Numbered from the stretch's first letter, positions 33,650-43,241 are shown. The stretch: DNA of 54,509 nt from Candidatus Woesearchaeota archaeon (GCA_964366925.1 CAYIVX010000001.1:1-54509); one strand, 5' to 3'. The notes: generated from the letters alone by a model not told the origin. Made by a program: numbers and translations.

Positions 33650-35311
33650 TTATAAAAGTAATCTTTCAAGATTAATCTCAAGAGCACAAAGGGGCATTTT
33701 TATGCTAAGATTACTTAGAATTGATGGTTTGATTTCACCCATATAGCCCAGAAGCTCTTTGCTCAGTATTATCTTAGCACATCTGCCCTGGATAAAATAT
33801 TCATTATCTTCTGCTGATTCAAGTATAAGTTCTTTATTTTTTCCGAGCATTCGCATAATATATTCTAATATTTGTTTTATTTCGGTGAATCCTGCATTTG
33901 GTGAGGCAATGGCTACACATAATCTTTCAGCTTCATGTATTCCGGTTTCAGAATTTCCTGTTTTGTCTTTTTCAAATATTCTTCCTAATTCAAAGATTCT
34001 TTGTGGATATTCTGCATCGAGATTATTTTTTAGAGCATTTAATGCTGTTCCTATTAGATTTGGACGAAGAATTTTCCATTCGCTTTTGCTATTTTCAACT
34101 TCTATCATATCTTTTTCTTTAAGATTAATATTTTCTGCTTCTTTTTTTGTTAATAAATGATAACTTGATATTTCTAACATATTTAATCCAGCAAGAATTT
34201 CAGATATTCTTTTCTTTAGGACTTCTATTTCAGAGATTTCTCCTGTTGTAGCTATGCTTGGTAATTCTGGTTTGAGATTCTCATAACCATAGGCTATTGC
34301 AATATCTTCGATTATATCTACTTCATGCATGATATCTGTTCTCCAAGCTGGAATTGAAACAATTCCTTTTTCATAGTTATATCCCATTTTTTCTAGGCAG
34401 GTTTTTATTTCATTATCTTTTAAATCTAGACCTAGTAATTTATTTGCACTGTCTATATTAAGTTTTATTTTTTCTGGAGTTAAATCTGGTGTTATTATTT
34501 TTTCTTTTGAGTTTCCGTAAACTAGGTCTATCTGATATATTTTTCCACCCATTTCAGCAAACATAGCTACTAGGATGTTTAGTGTTTTCTTTAAAATACT
34601 TAAATCAAAACCAGAACATTCAATAAATATTGAATTTGTTTGTTCTGTTACTTTTCCAGTTTTATGGGAATTAATTATGGGTGGCATGCTTAGAATTTCA
34701 TTTTTAGCGTCTACGAATACTGGAAATTTCTCCATTCCTTCTAAAAGTTTAGCATATTCTCTTCCTGTTGGATGTGATTGCAAGATTTGCAGGGCATTCA
34801 TTTCTCTATCCATTTCAAGAGGAATAAATTTAATGTCTTGTGGTTTTCTGGCTTCTAATCTTATTGGAAGAGTTATTTTTTCAAGAGGATAAATTCCTAT
34901 GGCTATTTTTTTTCTATTTCTTCCTAGAGTCATGTGAATTTTTTCCTGAATGTTTACTATTTCTTTTATTTTTTCGTTATCAAATTTCATATCTTTGATT
35001 ATTGCACATGCAGTAAATGGTCTTACATTTTTTGTGTTGGAATCAATTTTAACTTGAAAGTCTTTTTCTGGTTTGTTCAGTTTGTATTCTCTGAGTCCTT
35101 TATTTTTTCCTAAAAAAGCATTGAAGCTTTTTATGAATGTTTGAAGAGAGAATAAATCTGGACGGTTTGGAAGAATTTCTAGTTCAATATCATTTCCATC
35201 TTCACTTATGCCTTCAAAATGAGTTCCAAATAAACTTATTTTTTCTTTAAGTTCGTCTGTAAGTTTGAAATGCTTTTCGAATTCTTTTTTGCTGAATTTT
35301 ATGCCGGCCAT
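33650..35311 (-). CDS. pheT: Phenylalanine--tRNA ligase beta subunit (archaeal type)
   Basis: 553 aa. EILPNRPDLFS and IPAWRTDIMHEVDIIEDIAIAYGYENL match archaeal PheT. Located downstream of pheS. Confidence 0.9.
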   Translation of the reverse strand: MAGIKFSKKEFEKHFKLTDELKEKISLFGTHFEGISEDGNDIELEILPNRPDLFSLQTFIKSFNAFLGKNKGLREYKLNKPEKDFQVKIDSNTKNVRPFTACAIIKDMKFDNEKIKEIVNIQEKIHMTLGRNRKKIAIGIYPLEKITLPIRLEARKPQDIKFIPLEMDREMNALQILQSHPTGREYAKLLEGMEKFPVFVDAKNEILSMPPIINSHKTGKVTEQTNSIFIECSGFDLSILKKTLNILVAMFAEMGGKIYQIDLVYGNSKEKIITPDLTPEKIKLNIDSANKLLGLDLKDNEIKTCLEKMGYNYEKGIVSIPAWRTDIMHEVDIIEDIAIAYGYENLKPELPSIATTGEISEIEVLKKRISEILAGLNMLEISSYHLLTKKEAENINLKEKDMIEVENSKSEWKILRPNLIGTALNALKNNLDAEYPQRIFELGRIFEKDKTGNSETGIHEAERLCVAIASPNAGFTEIKQILEYIMRMLGKNKELILESAEDNEYFIQGRCAKIILSKELLGYMGEIKPSILSNLSIKMPLCALEINLERLLL

Positions 35312-35350
35312 CCTAAGACACCTCCGGTTTCTTGTGGTTCAATTTCCCTT

Positions 35351-36901
35351 TCATTTTGACCAGAATTTCATTTCTCGTAGTTTAGTTAGATTATTTGCAT
35401 ACATTTCTCGAAGATCTTTTATTTCATAGTATTCCATAATGGCTCTGTCAAATCCAGGTCCCCAGGCTAATACTGGAATATATTCTCCAAGTAGGGGAAT
35501 AACTACTTCGGGCCTCATTATGCCTGCTCCGCCTATTTCTATCCATATTTTCTTCATAGAATTATAGCCATAGATTTCTACGCTAGGTTCGGTATAGGGG
35601 AAAAATGATGGGACGAATTTAACTTTTTCGAATCCCATTTTTTCATAGAATTCTTGTAGATATCCTAATAAGTTTCTGAAGTTTGCATTTTTATCGATTA
35701 CTATACCTTCTGTTTGATTGAATTCAAATCCGTGGCTCCAGTCTATTGTTTCATTTCTGAAACATTTTCCTATTGCGAAGAATTTCCCTTTTTTATCTTT
35801 CATATCTTTTAATTTTCCTAGCATTCCCAGAGTATTTGCCGAGATTGAAGTAGTATGGGTTCTAAGAACTACTCTTTGAGCTTCTGGCTCTTTCCATTCT
35901 CCGCCCCAGCCTTTTGCTCCTCCGACGCCTTTTTCATGGGCTTCTTTAACAGAACTCACGAGTTTTTTATCTGGAAGTTTTCCTTTAATATCTTTGATAT
36001 AGAATGTATCTTGAATTTCTCTTACTGGATGGTCTTGGGCAGTGAAAAGTGCATCAAAATTCCAGAACCCTGTCTGAGTCATAGTACTTGACATTTCTTT
36101 AAATCCTAAATCTGTCCAAATTTTTCTCGCATTATCTGTTGCTTGATTAACAAAATGTCTTTTTCCCCCAGAGATTTTTGGAACAGGAGATTTTATGTCG
36201 TATCTTCGGAATTTTTTCCCTTTCCAGCTTGCATTTGTAATTATTTCCGGTGTTAGAGATTCAATGAGATTTTTTGTGTCTAATTTTTCTTTTGAAGCAT
36301 CCTTTAATATCTCTTTTCCAAATTCTGTAATTTCAAATTCTACTTCGTTTTTAATATTTATCTCAATAATATTTTTTCTGTTTTTTAGTGCTTCTAGACC
36401 ATATTTTTGTTCAGGGGTTAATTTATCATATTCACAAGGAAGAATTTCTAGAAATTGTTCTTCTAGACTTTTATTGGCTATTTCATCTTTTGTGCCCGAG
36501 AATATAATTTTGCCATTTTCTAAACTAACAAGTGCTTTTTTCTTTAGGGCACCTAATGCTGCTTGAAATTCATTATCAGATAATCCTGCATGTTTTTTCG
36601 CTTCTTCCAATGTTTGAGATTTTTTATCTGCCATAAGGCTAACTAGTCTTCTTTCAGGAAGTCCTTTTTGTTTGTATAAAACTCCATTAACTCCTAAATT
36701 CACTAATTTTTTTGAATTGGTTTTAAGAATTATTATTTTTTTATTGCTTAGATATTCTAGTGCTCTAAGAACTGCAACTTCTTCGAGTCCGCTATTTTGT
36801 ATTATTGTTTCTATTGATTTTTCTTTTATGAATGGTAAAATTAGCCTTTCATTTATGCTTAATGATTCTATAATTTCATTTTTGGAGTCTTTTTTATCCA
36901 T
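35351..36901 (-). CDS. pheS: Phenylalanine--tRNA ligase alpha subunit (archaeal type)
   Basis: 516 aa. HPVREIQDTFY, LRTHTTS, FAIGKCFRNE, FNQTEG and GAGIMRPEV are class II motifs. Confidence 0.9.
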   Translation of the reverse strand: MDKKDSKNEIIESLSINERLILPFIKEKSIETIIQNSGLEEVAVLRALEYLSNKKIIILKTNSKKLVNLGVNGVLYKQKGLPERRLVSLMADKKSQTLEEAKKHAGLSDNEFQAALGALKKKALVSLENGKIIFSGTKDEIANKSLEEQFLEILPCEYDKLTPEQKYGLEALKNRKNIIEINIKNEVEFEITEFGKEILKDASKEKLDTKNLIESLTPEIITNASWKGKKFRRYDIKSPVPKISGGKRHFVNQATDNARKIWTDLGFKEMSSTMTQTGFWNFDALFTAQDHPVREIQDTFYIKDIKGKLPDKKLVSSVKEAHEKGVGGAKGWGGEWKEPEAQRVVLRTHTTSISANTLGMLGKLKDMKDKKGKFFAIGKCFRNETIDWSHGFEFNQTEGIVIDKNANFRNLLGYLQEFYEKMGFEKVKFVPSFFPYTEPSVEIYGYNSMKKIWIEIGGAGIMRPEVVIPLLGEYIPVLAWGPGFDRAIMEYYEIKDLREMYANNLTKLREMKFWSK

Positions 36902-37116
36902 GATTTTTACAGGTAGGAGAGATTTAAAAATGTGTTTATTCAGTTTCTGCTAACGCATAAATTATGTTCAAACAAAACTAATAATTAATAACAAGTCGGA
37001 TTTAAGTTAGGGCATTATTAAGAAGTTTTTAGGTGAGCAATCGAGCCGAGTAAGTTCACAAGTGTAATTTTATTATTGGCGAGTGGGCTTACGAGCAAGA
37101 GGAGATTGCGAGTGTT

Positions 37117-37575
37117 TTACTTTATAGCATTAAATGCTTGTTTCGTAGAAGCTCCAAGACTTATTAAAAGGGATTGTAGTGCTTGTTTATCTTTGATACT
37201 TCCTAGAAACATTAATTTTGCACCTGCTTTTTTGCAGAGCATTATATTTTGCATTAAACGAGAGAGAGCTTTTGCTTTATTTACATCATTCTTTTTTATT
37301 ATTTCTTCAATTTGTATGCCTATTTCTATGTTTTTTTCTGCACAGATATTGGTTAGAACCTCATTGAGTCCAGAATTACGCTGTTTCATGTAGTCCTTTA
37401 TTTCAAGCGATTCATTTAAGATTAACATATTTAGTCCTTTTATTTCAAGAGCTTTTCTATTAAATTCGTCGTCTTGACTAAGAATAGCAATTTTTTGCTC
37501 TGATTTTTCTTTTTGAAGCTTTTGAATTTGTTTTCTAGCTTCGTTGAGATTGAGAGTATTTATTATCTGCATCAT
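37117..37575 (-). CDS. Possible RNase P protein component 3 (Rpp30-like), short form
   Basis: The C-terminal half, NIEIGIQIEEII...LSRLMQNIMLCKKAGAKLMFLGSIKDKQALQSLLISLGAS, resembles the Rpp30 pattern. The N-terminal part of the fold is missing. Weak call. Confidence 0.3.
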   Translation of the reverse strand: MMQIINTLNLNEARKQIQKLQKEKSEQKIAILSQDDEFNRKALEIKGLNMLILNESLEIKDYMKQRNSGLNEVLTNICAEKNIEIGIQIEEIIKKNDVNKAKALSRLMQNIMLCKKAGAKLMFLGSIKDKQALQSLLISLGASTKQAFNAIK

Positions 37576-37735
37576 AATTATTTGCGAATTCCATTATTCT
37601 TTTACGAAACTCAGCAACAAATCCTGGATCGGAAAGATTATGAAATAATGTTAAATGACCTTCAATTGTCGTAGGTCTGTCTCTTTCTGATTCGTGAGCT
37701 TGTTTTAATATTTCAATATTCATAGAATTAATCAA
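37535..37735 (-). CDS. Hypothetical 66-aa ORF overlapping both neighbours
   Basis: ORF track entry. Overlaps the pyrH stop by 8 nt and the next ORF by 41 nt. No motif recognised. Confidence 0.3.
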   Translation of the reverse strand: MINSMNIEILKQAHESERDRPTTIEGHLTLFHNLSDPGFVAEFRKRIMEFANNYDADNKYSQSQRS

Positions 37736-38414
37736 TCGTAGTGCCTATAAAATGTTTTCCTTTTAGCAAGTTATCTAGTTGTTTGGCATCTTTTCCAACA
37801 ATGTAAGTTTTTATTTTATGCTCAAGAATTATTTTCATTGCAGTATGGTCTACTGGTGCATGCATGCCTGGTTTTTGCGGAATAGCCATAACTATTTTGT
37901 TAAAACCTTCTCGAGAAATATTTTGGATGAATTTCGCATTTTTAAATTTCATTGGATTTTTATCGTATAATCCTTTTACATTTGTTAGATTGATGAAATC
38001 TGCTTTTAGAACTGCAGCTAATCTGCAAGCTGTTGCATCGCTGGTTTGATTTGGAGCATATCTTAGTGCTCCGCAGAAAATAATATCTTCTTTTATAAGT
38101 AAATTAGCAAGATGTTTCATATCGTGTGGAATTCCTGATTCTGGGTCTTTATCAAAGAAATAACTCATAAATCTAGCATTTAATCTTGTTACTGCAATTC
38201 CTGCCATACTCTGAAGATATTCTGATTTATGTTCTTCTCTTAGGGCTTCGATGTAGGTTCTTGCTACACTTCCGCCACCACAAACTATTACAAATTTGAA
38301 ATGTTTTGTATTTTTCTTTATAACTTCTTTAAACGCTTTTAGAAATTTTACATCTATTTTATCTGGGACAATAAGACTTCCGCCTAAACTTAAAACTACT
38401 ACCTCTTTTTGCAT
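37728..38414 (-). CDS. pyrH: Uridylate (UMP) kinase, archaeal type
   Basis: VVLSLGGSLI, VIVCGGGSVARTYI and GAPNQTSDATA-like APNQTSDATACRLA. 228 aa. Confidence 0.85.
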   Translation of the reverse strand: MQKEVVVLSLGGSLIVPDKIDVKFLKAFKEVIKKNTKHFKFVIVCGGGSVARTYIEALREEHKSEYLQSMAGIAVTRLNARFMSYFFDKDPESGIPHDMKHLANLLIKEDIIFCGALRYAPNQTSDATACRLAAVLKADFINLTNVKGLYDKNPMKFKNAKFIQNISREGFNKIVMAIPQKPGMHAPVDHTAMKIILEHKIKTYIVGKDAKQLDNLLKGKHFIGTTID

Positions 38415-38438
38415 AATAACTAAATGGAGAAGCTATAT

Positions 38439-38744
38439 TTAAGCTTTTTTCCCTTTCATTTGTCTAAAATAATCTACTTGATTTAAAACTTTTTTCAGAG
38501 GGCGATCAATAATAATTCCTGAATTTGCAATTTCTGCTAAAGGAAGCCCGGTATTTCGGTCATATTTTAATAAAATAGGGCTACATGATTTTGTACCTAT
38601 TCTTGGATTTCCTGGACCTGCACAATAAATATCTCCTGTTTTTATGTTATACCAAATAGTAATCGTTTGTTTTTCAAGTGTCCCAGTATTTGGCATAGAG
38701 CCCTGACTTGTTTCAAAAATCATTGATAATCTTTTTAGATTCAT
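38439..38744 (-). CDS. Hypothetical protein (101 aa)
   Basis: ORF track entry. No family recognised. Confidence 0.45.
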   Translation of the reverse strand: MNLKRLSMIFETSQGSMPNTGTLEKQTITIWYNIKTGDIYCAGPGNPRIGTKSCSPILLKYDRNTGLPLAEIANSGIIIDRPLKKVLNQVDYFRQMKGKKA

Positions 38745-38778
38745 AGGAATCAGTTAAAATCTTAATTTATAAGGATTA

Positions 38779-39060
38779 TTATACTGTAAATAAATTAGAA
38801 TCTGAAACATTAAAGATTTTTAATCTTGCACCACAATCAAGCCAGCCATGGGCATAGTAAATGGCTCCGAAAGCATTGATTAAATCACTGTTTTTTTCAA
38901 AATGATTGCTATCAGAGAGATATGCTTCAGCCATTGTCAATATCTCTTTTGCTTCTTTTTGTTTTCCATTTGAGATACTTTTTTTGGTTATGTCGAGGGC
39001 TTTTTGAGTTATCTTTCTATACTTACCTATAATTTCTTTTGTTATTTTATCTTGTTTCAT
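38779..39060 (-). CDS. DUF357-family protein
   Basis: AEAYLSDSNHFEKNSDLINAFGAIYYAHGWLDCGARL matches the pattern I associate with archaeal DUF357. Confidence 0.55.
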   Translation of the reverse strand: MKQDKITKEIIGKYRKITQKALDITKKSISNGKQKEAKEILTMAEAYLSDSNHFEKNSDLINAFGAIYYAHGWLDCGARLKIFNVSDSNLFTV

Positions 39061-39476
39061 ATCTTGTCGTATATTTTACCATATTTAAGTTTTGGTATAT
39101 AGGTTTTAACATCTAATTAGTAAAGTAGAATTTAGAAAATAAGGTTTCTAACACGTGAGTTTGAGATATAGTCATTAAAATGCCGAAATCATTTAAAAAG
39201 CCACTTTATTGAGTGTATAAAAGAGGCGCGGGGAGAGTTCGGTGATGCTCTCTCCGTCCTTTTTTTAAATCTAGCATCACTGAACATTAAATCCAAACCC
39301 ATACTTCTTTAAAATAAATTTTTCTTAATAGAACAATTAATTACTAAACTAAATTTTTCAAACAATCTTATAATTTATAATAACTTTGAAAAATTTTATT
39401 TGATAATGGTTAGGCAATATGGTGGTTCTTTGTTTATAGGGGCTTTGTTGTAGTAAATTTAACTTAAAACAAACTT

Positions 39477-40343
39477 TTATTTCCCTATTGTTATCTTTTT
39501 ATTCCAGAAGCTTTCTTTGTTTTCTTCTTGTTGACGATTTTGTGAATTTTGCTGGGGCATTGAGGCGGGTGTGAATGGTCTATTGACTGGTGGCATTGGT
39601 TGAGTTTGAAATTGTTGTGGTTGAGAACCAGGCTTGGGGAATTGCATCATTGGTCTTTCTAATCTTGTGGGCATGTTTGATTGAATTATTACTGGATTTT
39701 TTCTTATTATAAAACTTGAGCCTGCTGTTTCTGAAACAACCGCAGAAATTTCTAAATTAGCTATTCTTGCATCTAACATTCCCTCTATTAATGGAATTCT
39801 TGCTTTTTCTGAAAAGGATTTTATTATTACTAATTCTTCATCATTTTTTAGAGTTATGGGGATAGTTACTGTTGCTCCTGCTTTTCTTATAATAATATTT
39901 TTATTTTCTCCGGGGCATTCAATATAAGTAACTAGATGGTCATTAATTAATTCTTGAATTTTTCCAAAGAAATTAATATCTTCTGGTCTTGCCTGAAGTT
40001 TTACTTCTTGAACTGAGGGAGTTCTGGGTAATTGTGGAAGTTGGGTTGGCTTTTGTATTTGAGATATTAATGGTGTTGGTGTTTGTAATATCTGTGGCTG
40101 AGATGTTTGAGTTGGGGGTCTTTGTTGTATTGTAGGTCTCTGTTGAATTATTGGACGAGTTGGTGTTATTTCTCCATATTTAGAAAATTTTTGATGCATT
40201 TTTTCTAGTTCTACTGCACGTTCTGCTCTTCTCATTTCTTTTTCAAATTTTGTTTCTTCTTTAATTTCTGAAACAAATTTCATAATTATTTCTTCTGTAA
40301 ACTTATCAATAAATTCTTGTTCTAGAACTAATGTTTGAAGCAT
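39477..40343 (-). CDS. Protein carrying only the N-terminal domain of type II/IV secretion (FlaI/PilB/VirB11-like) ATPases, flanked by Q/P-rich regions
   Basis: IQELINDHLVTYIECPGENKNIIIRKAG...NDEELVIIKSFSEKARIPLIEGMLDARIANLEISAVVSETAGSSFIIRKN follows the T2SSE N-terminal pattern. No Walker A/B follows it. Confidence 0.5.
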   Translation of the reverse strand: MLQTLVLEQEFIDKFTEEIIMKFVSEIKEETKFEKEMRRAERAVELEKMHQKFSKYGEITPTRPIIQQRPTIQQRPPTQTSQPQILQTPTPLISQIQKPTQLPQLPRTPSVQEVKLQARPEDINFFGKIQELINDHLVTYIECPGENKNIIIRKAGATVTIPITLKNDEELVIIKSFSEKARIPLIEGMLDARIANLEISAVVSETAGSSFIIRKNPVIIQSNMPTRLERPMMQFPKPGSQPQQFQTQPMPPVNRPFTPASMPQQNSQNRQQEENKESFWNKKITIGK

Positions 40344-40351
40344 TTTGAAGA

Positions 40352-40747
40352 TTAGGGCATTGGCCTTGATTGAGGTCTTGGTCTTCCACCGAGCTCTAAA
40401 CGAGGTAATCCCTCTGATGGAATGTCGCCGTAAACTTTATGCTTAATTTTTTCTTCTATTAAAGTTAATCCTTTTGCAACAGTTTTATTTTGTTCAAGAA
40501 GAGTATCTAGTTTTCTTAAAACATCAATTTCTCCAGTATTCCCTTCTTCTTGTCTTCTTATGAAACTTTTTGCAGATATTTCAAAAAGTTCGAGAAGTTT
40601 TGTTATGTTATCTGAAAGACCATCAAATTTTATTGTAAGATTTGTAAGAACTTTTTGGAGATTAACAAAATTTTCTATTAATGCAAATTGAAGTTCTCTA
40701 TTTGAAAGGGCCTTAGGTTTGCTACTAGTTTCACTCTTTTTTGCCAT
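40352..40747 (-). CDS. Coiled-coil protein, unknown function
   Basis: 131-aa ORF, 8 nt upstream of the T2SSE-N-like gene on the same strand. Confidence 0.5.
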   Translation of the reverse strand: MAKKSETSSKPKALSNRELQFALIENFVNLQKVLTNLTIKFDGLSDNITKLLELFEISAKSFIRRQEEGNTGEIDVLRKLDTLLEQNKTVAKGLTLIEEKIKHKVYGDIPSEGLPRLELGGRPRPQSRPMP

Positions 40748-40801
40748 ACCTTATTTAGTAAATAGAGATTTATAAAGCTTTTTAGAAATATTTTCTTAAA
40801 G

Positions 40802-41134
40802 TTAGTTTGGCTTATTTTGAGGTATATCTTTTAGGAAACAATGTTTAAAATAATCTAATTCGTGATTTAGTCCGGCTATATCCTCATAACATTCGGCTTC
40901 TTGGACTGTGTCCCTTAAATGTCTTATGGATTTAAAATATTCTAATTTTTCAAATCTGGATTTGCTTTTTATTTGTTCTGAAATGTTTATATTTTCTTCT
41001 AATGCTTGCCAAAAGTTATCATCATCAAATTTAAAGTGATAATCCATTTGCATAGAAAGTTCTCTCATTCGATTCATTAGAAAGCCTATATCTTTGCTTT
41101 TTAATTCCCCATGTGATTCTCGATGAATTTCCAT
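40802..41134 (-). CDS. Hypothetical protein (110 aa)
   Basis: ORF track entry. Same strand as the two downstream genes. Confidence 0.45.
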   Translation of the reverse strand: MEIHRESHGELKSKDIGFLMNRMRELSMQMDYHFKFDDDNFWQALEENINISEQIKSKSRFEKLEYFKSIRHLRDTVQEAECYEDIAGLNHELDYFKHCFLKDIPQNKPN

Positions 41135-41199
41135 TGATAGGGTGATTTTAATTCGATTATAAACTTTATTATTTTGTAATATACTATAGAATTACTAAA

Positions 41200-41270
41200 T
41201 GGGTCCTTCGGGAATCGAACCCGAAACAACGGTTCTGGAGACCGCTACGATACCTTTTCGCCAAGGACCC
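41200..41270 (-). tRNA. tRNA-Trp (anticodon CCA)
   Basis: Manual fold of the minus strand: GGGTCCT/AGGACCC acceptor, D GCGA/TCGT, anticodon stem GCGGT/ACCGT with loop CTCCAGA, T arm TCGGG-TTCGATT-CCCGA, discriminator A. 71 nt. Confidence 0.85.
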
Positions 41271-41409
41271 TAAATTAATTCCGGAATTTTATTAAGTTCC
41301 AAATCATTGATTATTATTAGTTTGTTTTTACCTATTAAAAAACTATCCTTTTGAGGTTTTTTGTTTAAAGAGGAATGTTTAAAAGTTTGAAGTTTGTTAT
41401 TTTAATAAG

Positions 41410-41643
41410 ATGGATATGAATTTAATTTTAGGTATTACGGGTATGCTTTTGGTACTCGCAGGTTTTCTTTTGAATATTAGTCATAAAATTAATGTAAAAT
41501 CTGCTATTTATTTGTGGCTCAATATTATTGGATGTGTATTTTTATTTTATTATGCTTTAGTTATTTCAAGTATACCTTTTGCGATTCTTCAGGCAGTTTG
41601 GGGACTTGCAGCATTAATTAAATTTATTCATTTGAAACTGTGA
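41410..41643 (+). CDS. Small 3-TM membrane protein
   Basis: 77-aa ORF. Its stop overlaps the GTG start of the PIN gene. Confidence 0.5.
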   Translation: MDMNLILGITGMLLVLAGFLLNISHKINVKSAIYLWLNIIGCVFLFYYALVISSIPFAILQAVWGLAALIKFIHLKL

Positions 41644-42017
41644 TTAAGATTATTTTAGATACGAATTTTATTATTTATTGTACTGAGAATAAATTAGATT
41701 ATGCTAGTGAAATAGACGCAATGATTAACGAGGGATATGAACTTGTTGTTCCTCAGCAGGTTGTTGAAGAGATTGAAGAACTTGGAAAAACAGCCAAGAA
41801 GTTTAGTGATAGGACTGCTGCATTTTTAGCTATGAAAGTTTTGCGAGCAAATAATGTTAAAATTGTTCAAACAAATGCAAGATATGCTGATGAAGCTATT
41901 ATTTCTATGATGCGAATTGGAGATATTGTTGCTACACTAGATCAAGAGTTGAAACAGAAACTTAGAAAGTCCAGGGTAATCGTTATTCAGGGTGTAAAAA
42001 AACTGGCTTTTGAATAA
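41640..42017 (+). CDS. PIN-domain protein (Fcf1/VapC-like)
   Basis: IILDTNFIIY (first acidic residue), VVPQQVVEEIEEL, and ADEAIISM...VATLDQEL. 125 aa. Sits upstream of rpo7, as in many archaea. Confidence 0.7.
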   Translation: MIKIILDTNFIIYCTENKLDYASEIDAMINEGYELVVPQQVVEEIEELGKTAKKFSDRTAAFLAMKVLRANNVKIVQTNARYADEAIISMMRIGDIVATLDQELKQKLRKSRVIVIQGVKKLAFE

Positions 42018-42090
42018 AAAGAAACCTTAGGTTTCTCCTTTACCATTTCCTCTTAGTAAGCTTTATAAATCATGTTTTGGTGTTAATTTT

Positions 42091-42699
42091 ATGTTCTATG
42101 TTGTTGATGTAGGAGATTATGTAAGAGTTGAGCCGAAGCTTTTCGGACTAGATACTAAGACTGCTGTAGAGGAACAACTAGCAATTACTTATAATAATTA
42201 TCATGATGAAGAAATTGGTGAAGTTATTGCTGTTATTGATGTAAGTACGGTTGGAGATGGTATAATTATACCTGGTGACGGTGCTGCATATTATAATTCT
42301 GAATTTAAATTACTTGTTTGGAAGCCTGAAATAAATGAACTTGTTTTTGGAACCATTACTGAAATAACTACTTTTGGAGCATTCTTGAATATGGGTGCAA
42401 TGCAAGGAATGATTCATATTAGTCAGACAATGGAAGATTTTGTAAGTTTTTCAACATCAAATGTTTTAAGTGGAAGAGCTACTAAGAGAGTATTGAAGAA
42501 AGGTGATAATTGTCTTGCTAGAATTGTTGCAATTTCTTATAAGGGCGATCAACCTAAAATTGGATTAACAATGAGACAACCTGGATTAGGTAAACTTGAA
42601 TGGATTGAAGAAGAAAAGAAGAAAGAAAAATCTGCTGCAAAGAAAGCAGAGAAAGAAGTTAAGGCTGATAAGAAAGAAAAGAAAGGAGCTAAGAAATAA
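42091..42699 (+). CDS. rpoE: DNA-directed RNA polymerase subunit E' (Rpo7) with S1 domain
   Basis: MFYVVDVGDYVRVEPKLFG, GDGAAYYNSEFKLLVWKPEINELVFGTITEITTFGAFLNMG (S1 fold). K/E-rich tail. Confidence 0.85.
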   Translation: MFYVVDVGDYVRVEPKLFGLDTKTAVEEQLAITYNNYHDEEIGEVIAVIDVSTVGDGIIIPGDGAAYYNSEFKLLVWKPEINELVFGTITEITTFGAFLNMGAMQGMIHISQTMEDFVSFSTSNVLSGRATKRVLKKGDNCLARIVAISYKGDQPKIGLTMRQPGLGKLEWIEEEKKKEKSAAKKAEKEVKADKKEKKGAKK

Positions 42700-42701
42700 A
42701 A

Positions 42702-42896
42702 ATGGTTAAAAAAGCAAAAGCTTGTAAAAAATGTAGATTTATATTTGAAGAAGGTGAAAGATGCCCAAAATGTGGAAGTAATGCTTTTACTGAAAATTGG
42801 AAGGGAAAAGTTGAAATAATTAATCCTGAACAATCTGAAATTGCTAAACAATTAAAACTTGCTGAAAAAGGTATTTATACAATTAAGAGCGATTAA
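42702..42896 (+). CDS. spt4: Transcription elongation factor Spt4 (RpoE'')
   Basis: Zn ribbon ACKKCRFIFEEGERCPKCGS, followed by WKGKVEIINPEQSEIA. 64 aa. Immediately after rpo7. Confidence 0.8.
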   Translation: MVKKAKACKKCRFIFEEGERCPKCGSNAFTENWKGKVEIINPEQSEIAKQLKLAEKGIYTIKSD

Positions 42897-42897
42897 A

Positions 42898-43173
42898 ATG
42901 GAAATTAAAAAAAATATTAAAAATGATTTATTTGGAAGAAAAGAAATAGAAGTAATTTTGACTGCGGATAAAACTCCTAGTTTTGCTGAAATGTCTAAAC
43001 TTTTTGGAGAGCATTTTAAGGCTGAAGAAGATTCTATAATGATTGAGAATGTAAAAGGAAAGTTTGGAAGAAATACTTTTTTAATAAGAGCTTGTATCTA
43101 TGATACTAAGGCATTAAAGGATGAAGCTTTTAAGAGATTAATTAAGGCTAAAAAAGTAGCGGTGGTGGCATAG
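42898..43173 (+). CDS. rps24e: Ribosomal protein S24e
   Basis: NDLFGRKEIEVILTADKTPSFAEMSKLF...VKGKFGRNTFLIRACIYDT. ATG at 42898 (1 nt after the spt4 stop) is preferred over the overlapping 42859 start in the track. Confidence 0.85.
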   Translation: MEIKKNIKNDLFGRKEIEVILTADKTPSFAEMSKLFGEHFKAEEDSIMIENVKGKFGRNTFLIRACIYDTKALKDEAFKRLIKAKKVAVVA

Positions 43174-43241
43174 TTAAAAGATAAAACAGATTCAAAAATC
43201 AGATAAAAGCTTCGCTTTGTCCATACAAGATTTTTGAAATT

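Noticed and set aside
33759-34160. Plus-strand ORFs nested in pheT/pheS (33759-34160, 33898-34122, 34575-34892, 35855-36091, 36195-36566, 36672-36953) and similar shadows in other genes (679-921, 7582-7833, 11577-11813, 19315-19551, 42549-42851, 46674-46895, 48516-48838)
   Set aside because: All lie antisense inside strongly supported conserved genes and show shadow-ORF composition.
37117-37735. Reading 37535-37735 and 37117-37575 as one frameshifted gene
   Set aside because: The 66-aa N-terminal piece shows no similarity to the missing N-terminal part of Rpp30-type proteins. I could not identify a specific slip site, so they are left as two low-confidence ORFs.
39216-39266. Independent promoter-driven sRNA starting from TATAAAA at 39216
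   Set aside because: A start ~25 nt downstream of the TATA would fall inside the hairpin stem, so the geometry does not support a clean transcript. It is kept only as a low-interest structural observation.
42859-42897. Upstream start for rps24e (track start 42859) and upstream alternative starts for trm5 (4879), rps27ae (43275) and polX (49950)
   Set aside because: The upstream extensions overlap the preceding gene or add non-conserved residues. The canonical ATGs at 42898, 4894, 43290 and 49968 give N-termini matching the families.
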